Assembly: GCA_902519255.1 (NCBI GenBank)
Contig: CABYIV010000003.1
Location: 15,641-79,640, forward strand
Direction of reading: 5' to 3'
Length of the DNA stretch: 64,000 nt
Source: an uncultured Pelagibacteraceae bacterium
GTDB taxonomy: Bacteria > Pseudomonadota > Alphaproteobacteria > Pelagibacterales > Pelagibacteraceae
This document shows, in pieces, positions 48,665-59,054 of this stretch (position 1 is the first letter of the stretch; each line of letters starts with the position of its first letter). A program made the position numbers and the translations under genes. A model generated the notes under the pieces. It saw nothing but the letters and a program-made list of their open reading frames with translations, had not been told where the DNA came from and did no database searches.

Positions 48665-50143
48665 GTGAAAAAATTTCTTGTTGCTATTGACCAAGGCACA
48701 ACATCAACTAGAGCAATTCTCTTTGATTTAGATGGTAATATAAAATTTACATCCCAGTTTGAATTTAATCAATATTTTCCAAAAAATGGATGGGTGGAGC
48801 ATAATCCAAACGAAATTTGGCTTACAACTCTAAAAGCGTTGAAAAAAGTAATAAAAAAAGCATCACTATTAAGAGGAAAAATATTAAGTATAGGAATAAC
48901 TAACCAGAGAGAGACAACTATTCTTTGGAATAAGAAAACAGGAAAACCAGTCTACAACGCAATTGTTTGGCAAGATAGAAGAACCCAAGACTATTGTGAA
49001 GAGTTAAAGAAAAAAAATTATGAAAAAATTTTTAGAAAAAAAACTGGATTATTTATTGACCCATATTTTTCTGCAACTAAAATTAAATGGATACTAGAAA
49101 ACGTAAAAAATGTTAAGAAACTTTTAAAATCAAATAATTTATTATTTGGTACTGTTGATACTTTCCTTATTTGGAAACTTACTAATGGGCAACATCATTT
49201 AACAGAAGCAACTAATGCTTGTAGGACCATGTTATTTAACATTAATAATAACAAATGGGATAAAGAAATCTTAAAAAAACTTAAAATTTCTGAAAATATT
49301 TTGCCAAAAGTTAAAAATTCAGCTGATAATTTTGGTTTAACAAGTAAGAGAATTGTCGGCAGTGAAATACCAATATCAGCAGTTCTAGGAGACCAACAAG
49401 CAGCTGCAGTAGGACAGTCATGCTTTGAAAGAGGTTCAGTAAAAAGCACATATGGAACTGGTGCCTTTGTCATAATGAATACTGGTTCAAAAAAAATTTA
49501 TTCTAAAAATAAATTATTAACAACAATATGTTACAGATTGAATGGAAAAAATACTTATGCTCTTGAAGGATCTATTTTTATTGCAGGTGCAGGTGTACAA
49601 TGGTTAAGAGATAAATTAAAATTTATTAACAATGCTTTTGATACGGAAACAATTGCTCAATCAAAAAAAAATAATGAGGGTGTATACGTTGTGCCAGCCT
49701 TCAGTGGAATGGGAGCACCTTATTGGAGGCCTGATGCAAGAGGGGTAATAACAGGTTTAACAAGAAATAGTGATTGGAAAACCTTAGTTAGAGCAGTATT
49801 AGAGTCAGTTGCCTATCAAAGTAATGATTTATTTAATGCAATGAAAAAAGATGGTTTAAAACCAACTAAACTTAAGATTGATGGAGGCATGGTAAAAAAC
49901 AACTGGTTTTCGCAATTTTTATCTGACATCATAAATATAAATACAGAAAGACCAAAGGTATTAGAAACAACTGGTTTAGGAGTAGCTTTACTAGCTGGAT
50001 ATCAAATTGGATTATTTAAATCATTATATCAAATCAAGAGGAAATGGAAAAAAGATAAAATTTTTAAGCCTAAAATAAACCGAAAAGTTAGGAACGATTT
50101 AATAAATGGTTGGAAATTATCAGTTCAGAAAGCTCTATTATAA
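48665..50143 (+). CDS. glpK: Glycerol kinase
   Basis: IDQGTTSTRA, NQRETT, WQDRRT, KSTYGTG, YALEGSIF. Confidence 0.95.
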   Translation: MKKFLVAIDQGTTSTRAILFDLDGNIKFTSQFEFNQYFPKNGWVEHNPNEIWLTTLKALKKVIKKASLLRGKILSIGITNQRETTILWNKKTGKPVYNAIVWQDRRTQDYCEELKKKNYEKIFRKKTGLFIDPYFSATKIKWILENVKNVKKLLKSNNLLFGTVDTFLIWKLTNGQHHLTEATNACRTMLFNINNNKWDKEILKKLKISENILPKVKNSADNFGLTSKRIVGSEIPISAVLGDQQAAAVGQSCFERGSVKSTYGTGAFVIMNTGSKKIYSKNKLLTTICYRLNGKNTYALEGSIFIAGAGVQWLRDKLKFINNAFDTETIAQSKKNNEGVYVVPAFSGMGAPYWRPDARGVITGLTRNSDWKTLVRAVLESVAYQSNDLFNAMKKDGLKPTKLKIDGGMVKNNWFSQFLSDIININTERPKVLETTGLGVALLAGYQIGLFKSLYQIKRKWKKDKIFKPKINRKVRNDLINGWKLSVQKALL

Positions 50144-50164
50144 AAAATACAGATAAAAATTTAA

Positions 50165-50728
50165 TTGTCGTTTATGAAATATATAAATTTTATTCTTTTA
50201 TTTTTGCTAAGTATTTTTAATTCAAATTATTCACAGGCTAATGATTTAGTAATAAGCGAACTGCAGAAGGGTGGGAAAATTGTATTTATAAGACATTCAC
50301 TTGCACCAGGAAATGGAGATCCTGATAATATTGATTTAAAAAAATGTGATACTCAAAGAAATTTAAATCAAGAAGGTATAGAGCAATCAAAAAATATTGG
50401 AATATTATTTAGCGATAATAATATTCAAATTGATAAAGTTTTATCTAGTGAATGGTGTAGATGCAAAGATACTGCTAGATTTGCCTTTAATAATTATGAA
50501 ACCTTCAAAGGTTTAAACTCTTTTTATCAAGAAAAGTTTTATAAATATAAAGATGGACAAATTAAGAGTTTAAAAAAATATATATCTAACTGGAATAGTG
50601 AGAAAAATCTTATTTTAGTAACACATTTTGTAGTTATTTCAGAAATGTTAAATTTTGGTACTTCATCTGGTGAAATTGTTGTTATAGATAAAGATTATAA
50701 ATTTATAGGAAGTATTGAAACCATGTAG
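50165..50728 (+). CDS. Histidine phosphatase superfamily protein, probably exported
   Basis: FIRHS, SSEWCRC, LVTH, signal-like N-terminus. Confidence 0.8.
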   Translation: MSFMKYINFILLFLLSIFNSNYSQANDLVISELQKGGKIVFIRHSLAPGNGDPDNIDLKKCDTQRNLNQEGIEQSKNIGILFSDNNIQIDKVLSSEWCRCKDTARFAFNNYETFKGLNSFYQEKFYKYKDGQIKSLKKYISNWNSEKNLILVTHFVVISEMLNFGTSSGEIVVIDKDYKFIGSIETM

Positions 50729-50756
50729 TAATTATACATGATTATTATATTGAATT

Positions 50757-51611
50757 ATGAAAGTTGGATTTATAGGTGTTGGATGGATGGGATTTGGTAT
50801 CGCAAATAACATCCTTAAAAATAATCATGAATTATTTGTAATTGCTAATAAGAACAGAAAGCCAATTGATAGAATAGTCAAAGAAGGTGCAAAAGAAGTT
50901 AAATCTTATGAAGAACTTTGCAAAAGCGGATTAGATGCTTTGTTTTTATGCGTAACGAATTCTCCTATTGCTCATGAAATTGGAAAAAAAATAGTATCAT
51001 TATTAACTGATAAAACGATTGTAATAGATATTACCACTCATAATCAAAATGGATCTGTTGAAATGGAGCAAATATTAAATGCAAATAATATTCCTTATTT
51101 AGAATGCCCTGTAATGGGAGGTCCTGTTCAAGCAGAAGAAGGAGTATTGGGTGGAATTGTTGGTGGATCTGAGGAAAATTTAAAAAGATCAGAAGAACTT
51201 TTAAAATGTTTTTGTAAAAATTATTATCATTTTGGTGGGATTGGAAATGGTGCAAAGACAAAATTATTAAATAATTTTCTATCTTTAGGAACAGCTACTT
51301 ATGTAATTGAATTAATAAAAGCTGCAAAAAAATTAGATATAGATTTAGAAAAACTTTATAAAGTAGCTCAATTAGGCTCAGGAAACTCTAATGCCTTAAA
51401 GAGAATTTTTGATAAAGTTTTAGAGGATGATTACACAGGTTTTAAGTTTACAGCGACTAATACACTTAAAGATTTAACATATATAACTGACTTATTAAAA
51501 GGTATGGATAATGCGGAAAAATTATCTGATTTATCAAAATCATTTTATAAAAAAGCAGTTGATGATGGTGATGGTGAGCTTTTTATAAGTGAACTAATAA
51601 AAAAGAATTAA
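50757..51611 (+). CDS. NAD(P)-dependent beta-hydroxyacid dehydrogenase family
   Basis: GFIGVGWMG, ECPVMGG, GAKTKLLNN. Confidence 0.85.
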   Translation: MKVGFIGVGWMGFGIANNILKNNHELFVIANKNRKPIDRIVKEGAKEVKSYEELCKSGLDALFLCVTNSPIAHEIGKKIVSLLTDKTIVIDITTHNQNGSVEMEQILNANNIPYLECPVMGGPVQAEEGVLGGIVGGSEENLKRSEELLKCFCKNYYHFGGIGNGAKTKLLNNFLSLGTATYVIELIKAAKKLDIDLEKLYKVAQLGSGNSNALKRIFDKVLEDDYTGFKFTATNTLKDLTYITDLLKGMDNAEKLSDLSKSFYKKAVDDGDGELFISELIKKN

Positions 51612-51787
51612 TCTTTTTTTTCTTCTTTTTCTTTTTCAGCGAAGAATAAAGCAATCGCAAATAAAGTTGTCCATGCAATTCCTAATAATGCTTTTGGACT
51701 AGTTTCAGCACTCCATATATCTAAAAAGATTGCACCTAATGCAAGACCGACAAGATAAATAACAATTGCAATATTTGTTTTGCTCAT
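51608..51787 (-). CDS. 59-aa two-TM membrane protein (not in ORF track)
   Basis: Hand-translated MSKTNIAIVIYLVGLALGAIFLDIWSAETSPKALLGIAWTTLFAIALFFAEKEKEEKKD. Confidence 0.6.
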   Translation of the reverse strand: MSKTNIAIVIYLVGLALGAIFLDIWSAETSPKALLGIAWTTLFAIALFFAEKEKEEKKD

Positions 51788-51864
51788 ATCAATTAAGCTA
51801 ATGTTTTACACTATTATTCTAATTGGACAATTATAAACAATCATATATAAAGCACCAATAATTT

Positions 51865-51949
51865 GGGCGAGTGGCGGAATTGGTAGACGCGTTGGTCTTA
51901 GGAACCAATAGTGCAAACTGTGAAGGTTCGAGTCCTTTCTCGCCTACCA
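51865..51949 (+). tRNA. tRNA-Leu (anticodon TAG)
   Basis: Cloverleaf with TTGGT-CTTAGGA-ACCAA anticodon arm, long variable arm, GGTTCGAGTCC, CCA end. Confidence 0.95.
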
Positions 51950-51955
51950 TATTTT

Positions 51956-53425
51956 ATGAAAGTAACAGTAGAAAATAAAAAAGGTTTAGAAAAAGATATA
52001 AAAGTTTTTATCGATAAAAAAACTATATCTGGATATCTCGAAGAAAAATACGAAGAGATAAAAAAAGATGTCGTTTTAAAAGGATTTAGACCAGGTAAAG
52101 TTCCTACAGAAATTTTAAAAAGACAGTTTGGAAAAGCGGTCTATGGAGAAGTAATCGATAAAGTATTGAAAGATACTACTACTAAAGCTCTTGAAGACAA
52201 TAAAATTAAACCTGCAGGTCAGCCTAAAATTGATTTAAAGTCATTTGGTGAAGGAAAAGATCTTGAATACACAATTTCAGTAACAGAATTACCAAATGTA
52301 GAGGTTGGATCATTAAAAGATTTAAAAGTAGACGAGTACGTTGTTAAAATTGATCCAAAAGAAACAGATAAAAGAATTGATCAAATAGCAAAAACTCAAA
52401 AAAACTTTAAAGATGCTGAAGAAAGTTATGCAGCTAAAGTGGGTGATTTAGTTGTTTTTGATTATAAAGCAACAGTTGATGGCAAAGATTTTAAAGGAAA
52501 TGAAGGAAAAAATACTCAATTAGAACTTGGAAAAGATTTATTTATTAAAGGATTTGATAAAGAATTAGAAGGTGTCAAAAATAAAGAAGATAAAAAAGTA
52601 GAAGTTAAGCTACCAGAAAACTTTCCAGAAAAAGAAGTGGCTAATAAATCTGCAGTGTTTGAATGTAAAATTACAGCTGTCAAAAAACCAGAAGAAACAA
52701 AAATTGATGATAACTTTGCAAAAAATTTAGGAGCAAAAGACTTAAATAATTTAAAAGAGTTAATATCTAAACAAATCAATGATGAATTTAAAAATTCGTT
52801 AGAAATGATTTCAAAAAAACAAATTTTAGAACAAATTGAAAAACAAAAACTCGATCAGTTACCAGCAAATCTCATTGAACAAGAAGTAAATTTATTAGCT
52901 CAAGGCATGAAGGAAGAAGAAAAGAAAAAAAATATGAAATACTTTGAGGAACAAGCTAAAAAAAGAATTAAAACTGGTTTAATTCTAAACGCATTTGGTG
53001 AAAAAAATCAAATTAAAGTATCTCAAGAAGAATTAAATGCAGAAATACAAAAGCAGTTTAGAATGATGCCTGGACAAGAAAAAATGGTTAAAGAGTATTA
53101 TGAGAAAAATCCAGGAGCGATAGAGAGTTTAAGAGGTTCTATTTATGAAGAAAAAATAATAGGTGAACTTAAAAAAATTGCGAAAGTAAACAAAAAAGAA
53201 ATTAGCAAAGAAGAAGCTGAAAAAATATTAAAAGAAGAAAATGAAAAAAATTTAAAAGAGCAAGAGAAATTATCAAAGCTATCTGAAGGAGCTGATGATA
53301 AAATAAAAGAGAAAAAAGAAGTTAAGTCAGAAGATAAAAAAGAAAAGAAAACAGCTAAACCAACTAAAGCTCCAAAAAAAGTAGCAAAAAAAACTAAATC
53401 AACAAAAAAAGTTAGCAAAAAGTAA
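51956..53425 (+). CDS. tig: Trigger factor
   Basis: GFRPGKVP signature, FKBP domain, position before clpP. Start moved out of the tRNA. Confidence 0.95.
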   Translation: MKVTVENKKGLEKDIKVFIDKKTISGYLEEKYEEIKKDVVLKGFRPGKVPTEILKRQFGKAVYGEVIDKVLKDTTTKALEDNKIKPAGQPKIDLKSFGEGKDLEYTISVTELPNVEVGSLKDLKVDEYVVKIDPKETDKRIDQIAKTQKNFKDAEESYAAKVGDLVVFDYKATVDGKDFKGNEGKNTQLELGKDLFIKGFDKELEGVKNKEDKKVEVKLPENFPEKEVANKSAVFECKITAVKKPEETKIDDNFAKNLGAKDLNNLKELISKQINDEFKNSLEMISKKQILEQIEKQKLDQLPANLIEQEVNLLAQGMKEEEKKKNMKYFEEQAKKRIKTGLILNAFGEKNQIKVSQEELNAEIQKQFRMMPGQEKMVKEYYEKNPGAIESLRGSIYEEKIIGELKKIAKVNKKEISKEEAEKILKEENEKNLKEQEKLSKLSEGADDKIKEKKEVKSEDKKEKKTAKPTKAPKKVAKKTKSTKKVSKK

Positions 53426-53456
53426 TCACAAGTTGTATAAGTAAATCGAATCACTT

Positions 53457-54068
53457 ATGACAACAAAAATTCCAGAACATTTAAGTACTTTGATCCCAAT
53501 GGTAGTTGAGCAATCAAGCCGAGGTGAAAGAGCTTATGATATTTATTCAAGATTATTAAAAGAGAGAATTGTTTTTGTAGTTGGACCAATTAATGATGCA
53601 GTTGCATCTTTGGTTACTGCTCAATTATTATTTTTAGAGTCTGAAGATCCTAAAAAAGAAATTTCATTATACATAAATAGTCCAGGTGGCTTGGTTACTG
53701 CAGGTTTAGGAATTTATGACACGATGCAATATATCAAACCTGAAGTTAGTACATTGTGTATTGGACAAGCTGCAAGCATGGGATCATTTTTGTTAGCTGC
53801 AGGATCAAAAGGAAAAAGATTATCATTACCAAATTCAAGAATAATGGTTCACCAACCATCTGCAGGTTTTCAAGGTCAAGCAACCGATATAGAAATTCAT
53901 GCTAATGAGGTTATGTCTTTGAAAAAGAGATTAAATGAAATTTATTCTAAACACACTGGTAAGTCAGTTGATCAAATCAAAGAAGCTTTGGAGAGAGACA
54001 ATTTTATGACTCCAGATAACGCAAAAGATTTTGGTTTGATCGATAAAGTAGTAGAAAAAAGAGATTAA
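53457..54068 (+). CDS. clpP: Clp protease proteolytic subunit
   Basis: [19 protein letters not shown]. Confidence 0.97.
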   Translation: MTTKIPEHLSTLIPMVVEQSSRGERAYDIYSRLLKERIVFVVGPINDAVASLVTAQLLFLESEDPKKEISLYINSPGGLVTAGLGIYDTMQYIKPEVSTLCIGQAASMGSFLLAAGSKGKRLSLPNSRIMVHQPSAGFQGQATDIEIHANEVMSLKKRLNEIYSKHTGKSVDQIKEALERDNFMTPDNAKDFGLIDKVVEKRD

Positions 54069-54157
54069 ACAACAATATATAGTTTATTCACAACCTATAC
54101 TTGATTAAGAAGTAATCTTTGTAATAAAGTATTCAAATTGATTCGTTATAAAAAACT

Positions 54158-55420
54158 ATGAGCAACAATAATAAAAATATTCTTTACTGTTCTTTCTGTG
54201 GAAAGAGCCAACATGAAGTCAGAAAATTAATTGCTGGCCCTACAGTATTCATATGTGATGAGTGTGTTGAATTATGCATGGACATCATTAAAGAAGAGAG
54301 CAAAGATACTTTTGTCAAACATCAAGATGGATTGCCATCACCAAAAGAGATCTGCGCAGTTCTAGATGATTATGTAATTGGACAAGATCATGCAAAAAAA
54401 GTTTTATCAGTTGCAGTTCATAATCATTACAAAAGATTAAATTACGAAAATAAAACAAGCAAAAATGTAGAACTTTCAAAATCAAATATTTTATTAGTTG
54501 GACCAACAGGATGCGGAAAAACTTTATTAGCTCAAACTTTAGCGAGAATTTTAGATGTTCCTTTTACAATGGCAGATGCAACAACATTAACTGAAGCTGG
54601 TTATGTTGGTGAAGATGTTGAAAATATAATTTTAAAATTATTACAAGCAGCAGATTATAATGTTGAAAAAGCACAAAGAGGAATTGTTTATATTGATGAA
54701 GTAGATAAAATTAGCAGAAAATCAGAAAACCCATCAATTACAAGAGATGTTTCAGGCGAAGGAGTTCAACAAGCTTTATTAAAAATAATGGAAGGTACAG
54801 TTGCTAGCGTACCTCCTCAGGGTGGAAGAAAACATCCACAACAAGAGTTTTTACAAGTAGATACCACAAACATCTTATTTATATGTGGTGGTGCATTTGC
54901 AGGTTTAGATAAAATTATTTCTCAAAGAGACAAAGGATCATCAATTGGATTTGGAGCTGAGGTTAAAAGTCTTGAGGATAAAAAAGTAGGTGAGTGGATG
55001 AAGAATCTTGAGCCAGAAGACTTATTAAAATATGGATTGATACCTGAATTTATTGGAAGATTACCTATAACAGCTACGTTAGAAGATCTTGATGAAAAAT
55101 CTTTAGTTAAAATTTTATTAGAACCAAAAAATTCTTTAATAAAACAATATAAAGAACTATTTAAATTAGAGGGAGTAAAACTTACTTTTAAAGATCAATC
55201 AGTTAAAGATATTGCCAACAAAGCTATATCTAAAAAAACTGGTGCAAGAGGTCTTAGATCGATTCTTGAAAATATATTATTGAAAACAATGTTTGATTTA
55301 CCAAGTCAAGATAATATAGAGGAAGTTATAATTGATTCTGGTGCGGCGAAAGGTATATCTGCACCTGTTATTGTTCATTCGAAGAACAAAACTAAAACTG
55401 ATAAGACTTCAGCAGCATAA
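54158..55420 (+). CDS. clpX: Clp protease ATP-binding subunit
   Basis: CSFCGK zinc finger, [14 protein letters not shown] loop. Confidence 0.97.
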   Translation: MSNNNKNILYCSFCGKSQHEVRKLIAGPTVFICDECVELCMDIIKEESKDTFVKHQDGLPSPKEICAVLDDYVIGQDHAKKVLSVAVHNHYKRLNYENKTSKNVELSKSNILLVGPTGCGKTLLAQTLARILDVPFTMADATTLTEAGYVGEDVENIILKLLQAADYNVEKAQRGIVYIDEVDKISRKSENPSITRDVSGEGVQQALLKIMEGTVASVPPQGGRKHPQQEFLQVDTTNILFICGGAFAGLDKIISQRDKGSSIGFGAEVKSLEDKKVGEWMKNLEPEDLLKYGLIPEFIGRLPITATLEDLDEKSLVKILLEPKNSLIKQYKELFKLEGVKLTFKDQSVKDIANKAISKKTGARGLRSILENILLKTMFDLPSQDNIEEVIIDSGAAKGISAPVIVHSKNKTKTDKTSAA

Positions 55421-55448
55421 TTACTCGTTAATAAACCATAATTTCCTA

Positions 55449-55475
55449 TTGCATTATAAGATATAATATCCATAT
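55449..55475 (+). promoter_or_regulatory. Possible RpoH-type promoter of lon
   Basis: TTG-N18-CCATAT ending 7 nt before the lon ATG. Confidence 0.35.
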
Positions 55476-55482
55476 TTCTCTG

Positions 55483-57870
55483 ATGGATATAAAAGTGACA
55501 TTACCGTTATTGCCATTAAGAGACATAGTTGTTTTCCCAAGTATGGTTATCCCTTTATTTGTTGGAAGAGATAAGTCTATCACTGCATTAAATGAGGTAA
55601 TGAAAGGGGATAAAAAAATTGTACTTGTCACACAAAAAAATTCTGAAGTTGACGACCCAAAGAAAAATGACGTTTTCACTTATGGATGTGAAAGTAACAT
55701 TTTGCAATTACTAAAACTTCCTGATGGAACTGTTAAAGTATTGGTAGAAGGTACAAAGAGAGTCAAAATAGTTGATTTTAAAGATGATGAAAAGTTTATT
55801 AAATGTTCATTCGAGTATCAAAAAGATATTATTTCAAAAGAAGATGATCTGCTCCCATTAAGTTTAACTGCTATAAAAAGATTAGAAAAGTTAACTAGCG
55901 TAAATAAAAAAATATCTTCCGAGACAATTAACAATATTAAGCAATTAAAAGATCCATCAAAAATTGCAGATAATATAATTTCTCATATCAATGCTAGCAT
56001 CTCGGAAAAACAACAAATCTTTGAAATTTTAGATGTTAAGAAAAGATTAAATAGCGTCATTAAAATAATGGAAAATGAGGCAAGTATCATAGGCGTGGAG
56101 AAGAGAATAAGAGGAAGAGTTAAAACTCAAATGGAGAAAACTCAAAGAGAGTATTATTTAAATGAACAGTTAAAAGCTATTCAAAAAGAATTAGGTGAAA
56201 TTGAAGATGGTAAGGATGAGACCACAAGCTTAAAAAAATCAATTTTGAAGGCAAAGATGCCAAAAGAAGTTGAGAAAAAATGCATGTCAGAATTAAAAAA
56301 ATTAAAAAATATGAGTCCAATGTCTGCGGAGGCAACTGTTGTAAGAAACTACTTAGATTGGATGATAGATTTACCATGGTTTAAAAAAGATAAGGTGGAC
56401 ATAGATTTGAACAAAGCTTTAAAAATTTTAGAAGAAGATCACTTTGGGTTAGAAAAAGTTAAAGAAAGAATAATAGAATTCTTAGCAGTCCAAAAAAGAA
56501 TGGATAAAATAAAAGGCCCTATTCTATGTTTAGTAGGTCCGCCGGGTGTAGGAAAAACTTCTTTAGGAAAATCAATTGCAAAGGCAACTAATAGACAATT
56601 TGTAAGAATGTCTTTAGGTGGAGTAAGAGATGAGGCAGAAGTCAGAGGTCACAGAAGAACTTATATTGGTTCGCTTCCTGGAAAAATTATTCAAATGATG
56701 AAAAAGGCTGGTACTAAAAATCCTTTATTTTTATTGGATGAGATAGATAAAGTTGGAAACGATTATAGAGGTGATCCATCCTCAGCTTTATTAGAAGCTT
56801 TGGATCCTGAGCAAAACACAACATTCAATGATCATTACTTAGAAGTTGATTATGATTTGTCCGATGTTATGTTTGTAACAACAGCAAACACATTAAATAT
56901 TCTTCCCCCACTTTTAGATAGAATGGAAGTTATAAGAATTCCAGGATATACAGAAGATGAGAAAATTAATATTGCTAACAAATATTTGCTTCCTAAACAA
57001 ATTAAAGACAACGGTGTTAAAGAAGGTGAAATGAAATTAGCTGACGATACAATTAAAGAAATTATAAGAAGTTATACAAGAGAAAGTGGTGTTAGAAATT
57101 TAGAAAGAGAAATATCAAAAGTAACGAGAAAAGTTGTTAAAAAAGTTGTAAATAATGAAGAAAAGAGTGTTGACATTAATGAAAAAAATATACCTGACTT
57201 TCTTGGAATTAAGAAATTTAAATTTGGTGAACTAGAAATAAAAGATCAAGTCGGAATAGTCATAGGTTTAGCTTGGACAGAGTTTGGTGGAGAAATATTA
57301 AAAGTTGAAACAGTTAATATGCCAGGTAAAGGCAGAATGCAAATAACTGGTAAGTTAGGTGACGTAATGCAAGAGTCTGTAAAAGCCGCAAAATCCTATG
57401 TCAGATCAAAATGTTTAGAATTTGGTGTAAAGCCACCACTATTCGAGAAAAAAGATTTTCATATACATGTTCCAGAAGGTGCAACACCTAAAGACGGTCC
57501 TTCAGCAGGTATTGCGATGGTTACATCAATTGTATCCTCAATTACAAAAGTTCCAGTAAAAAGAGAAATAGCAATGACAGGTGAAGTAACAATTACAGGC
57601 CAGGTTTTACCAATTGGTGGCTTAAAAGAAAAATTATTAGCAGCCCATAGAGCCGGAGTTAAAAAAGTTTTAATTCCTAAAGAGAATGAAAAAGATTTAG
57701 TTGATGTACCAAAAAAAGTGAAAGATGATATTGAAATAGTTCCAGTAGAAACTGCTGATGAAGTAATTAAAATAGCTTTAACAAAAGAATTGAAGCCTAC
57801 TGAATGGACTGAAGTAGATAAATTAACTGAAACTAAAAAAGACGATAAATCCCAGGCTAGTATACAGTAA
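55483..57870 (+). CDS. lon: Lon protease
   Basis: LPLRD, GPPGVGKTS, PKDGPSAG, GGLKEK. Confidence 0.97.
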   Translation: MDIKVTLPLLPLRDIVVFPSMVIPLFVGRDKSITALNEVMKGDKKIVLVTQKNSEVDDPKKNDVFTYGCESNILQLLKLPDGTVKVLVEGTKRVKIVDFKDDEKFIKCSFEYQKDIISKEDDLLPLSLTAIKRLEKLTSVNKKISSETINNIKQLKDPSKIADNIISHINASISEKQQIFEILDVKKRLNSVIKIMENEASIIGVEKRIRGRVKTQMEKTQREYYLNEQLKAIQKELGEIEDGKDETTSLKKSILKAKMPKEVEKKCMSELKKLKNMSPMSAEATVVRNYLDWMIDLPWFKKDKVDIDLNKALKILEEDHFGLEKVKERIIEFLAVQKRMDKIKGPILCLVGPPGVGKTSLGKSIAKATNRQFVRMSLGGVRDEAEVRGHRRTYIGSLPGKIIQMMKKAGTKNPLFLLDEIDKVGNDYRGDPSSALLEALDPEQNTTFNDHYLEVDYDLSDVMFVTTANTLNILPPLLDRMEVIRIPGYTEDEKINIANKYLLPKQIKDNGVKEGEMKLADDTIKEIIRSYTRESGVRNLEREISKVTRKVVKKVVNNEEKSVDINEKNIPDFLGIKKFKFGELEIKDQVGIVIGLAWTEFGGEILKVETVNMPGKGRMQITGKLGDVMQESVKAAKSYVRSKCLEFGVKPPLFEKKDFHIHVPEGATPKDGPSAGIAMVTSIVSSITKVPVKREIAMTGEVTITGQVLPIGGLKEKLLAAHRAGVKKVLIPKENEKDLVDVPKKVKDDIEIVPVETADEVIKIALTKELKPTEWTEVDKLTETKKDDKSQASIQ

Positions 57871-57917
57871 TAAACAATTTACATTATAATAAGCTTGATG
57901 TAATAGTACCATGTTTT

Positions 57918-57993
57918 GGGCGGTTAGCTCAGTTGGTAGAGCATCTCGTTTACACCGAGGGGGTCAAAGGTTCGAGTCCTTTACTGCCCACCA
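57918..57993 (+). tRNA. tRNA-Val (anticodon TAC)
   Basis: CTCG-TTTACAC-CGAG anticodon arm, GGTTCGAGTCC, CCA end. Confidence 0.95.
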
Positions 57994-57999
57994 GAACAC

Positions 58000-58076
58000 G
58001 GGGGTGTAGCTCAGTTGGTTAGAGCGATCGCCTGTCACGCGATAGGTCGAGGGTTCGAGTCCCTTCACTCCCGCCA
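58000..58076 (+). tRNA. tRNA-Asp (anticodon GTC)
   Basis: ATCGC-CTGTCAC-GCGAT anticodon arm, GGTTCGAGTCC, GCCA end. Confidence 0.95.
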
Positions 58077-58159
58077 TCAAATAAATGAATAAAATAGAGC
58101 CTTAAAATGTGACCTATCTGCTCTTTTAGTTGATCTAAAAGGTGCTATATAGACTCATC

Positions 58160-58528
58160 ATGCTTGCGGATTTTTTAAAAGATTATTTGCCAATAATTAT
58201 ATTTTTACTTGTTGCACTTGTATTAAGTGTAGCATTTGTGGCGGTCAATTATTTAGCATCTCCAAAAAATCCTGATCCAGAAAAATTATCAGCATACGAG
58301 TGTGGATTTGAACCATTTAATGACTCTAGAATGGAATTTGACGTTCGATTTTATCTTGTTGCAATATTATTTATTATTTTTGATTTAGAAATCGCTTTTC
58401 TGTTCCCTTGGGCAATATCTTTAGGCAAAATCGGAATATTCGGATTTACATCAATGATGATCTTCCTATTTATTCTTACTATTGGGTTTATTTATGAATG
58501 GAAAAAAGGAGCATTAGACTGGGAATAA
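58160..58528 (+). CDS. nuoA: NADH-quinone oxidoreductase subunit A
   Basis: [20 protein letters not shown]. Start set at ATG 58160. Confidence 0.95.
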   Translation: MLADFLKDYLPIIIFLLVALVLSVAFVAVNYLASPKNPDPEKLSAYECGFEPFNDSRMEFDVRFYLVAILFIIFDLEIAFLFPWAISLGKIGIFGFTSMMIFLFILTIGFIYEWKKGALDWE

Positions 58529-58529
58529 A

Positions 58530-59051
58530 ATGAATTTAGAAGAAAGAAAAAAAAATATTCCAGAAGAATTCAAACAATTAGCACAAGATTTTAGTGATAA
58601 TGGTTTTATAACAACATCACTAGATAATCTAGTTAACTGGGCTAGAACTGGATCATTACATTGGATGACTTTTGGTCTAGCATGTTGTGCAGTCGAAATG
58701 ATGCAAACTTCAATGCCAAGATATGATTTAGAAAGATTTGGCGCCGCACCTAGAGCTTCACCTAGACAATCAGATGTTATGATTGTTGCTGGAACACTTA
58801 CAAACAAAATGGCTCCAGCACTAAGAAAAGTTTATGACCAGATGCCAGAACCAAGATATGTAATTTCTATGGGAAGTTGCGCAAATGGTGGAGGATATTA
58901 TCATTATTCTTATTCTGTAGTGAGAGGATGTGATCGTATTGTACCAGTTGATGTATATGTTCCCGGGTGTCCTCCTTCTGCTGAAGCACTTTTATATGGG
59001 ATAATGCAACTTCAAAAGAAAATCAGGAACAAAGGTTCTCTGGAAAGATAA
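58530..59051 (+). CDS. nuoB: NADH-quinone oxidoreductase subunit B
   Basis: [15 protein letters not shown]. Confidence 0.97.
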   Translation: MNLEERKKNIPEEFKQLAQDFSDNGFITTSLDNLVNWARTGSLHWMTFGLACCAVEMMQTSMPRYDLERFGAAPRASPRQSDVMIVAGTLTNKMAPALRKVYDQMPEPRYVISMGSCANGGGYYHYSYSVVRGCDRIVPVDVYVPGCPPSAEALLYGIMQLQKKIRNKGSLER

Positions 59052-59054
59052 AAA

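Noticed and set aside
51911-51955. N-terminal extension of tig from GTG 51911
   Set aside because: It overlaps tRNA-Leu. ATG 51956 gives the usual MKVT start.
51865-58076. Prophage or island integrated at the tRNAs
   Set aside because: No integrase and no duplicated tRNA 3' end noticed. Core gene order is intact.
58142-58159. Longer ORF-track starts for nuoA (also UDG 40731 and M23 peptidase 30107)
   Set aside because: Downstream ATGs give family-typical N-termini and avoid long overlaps.
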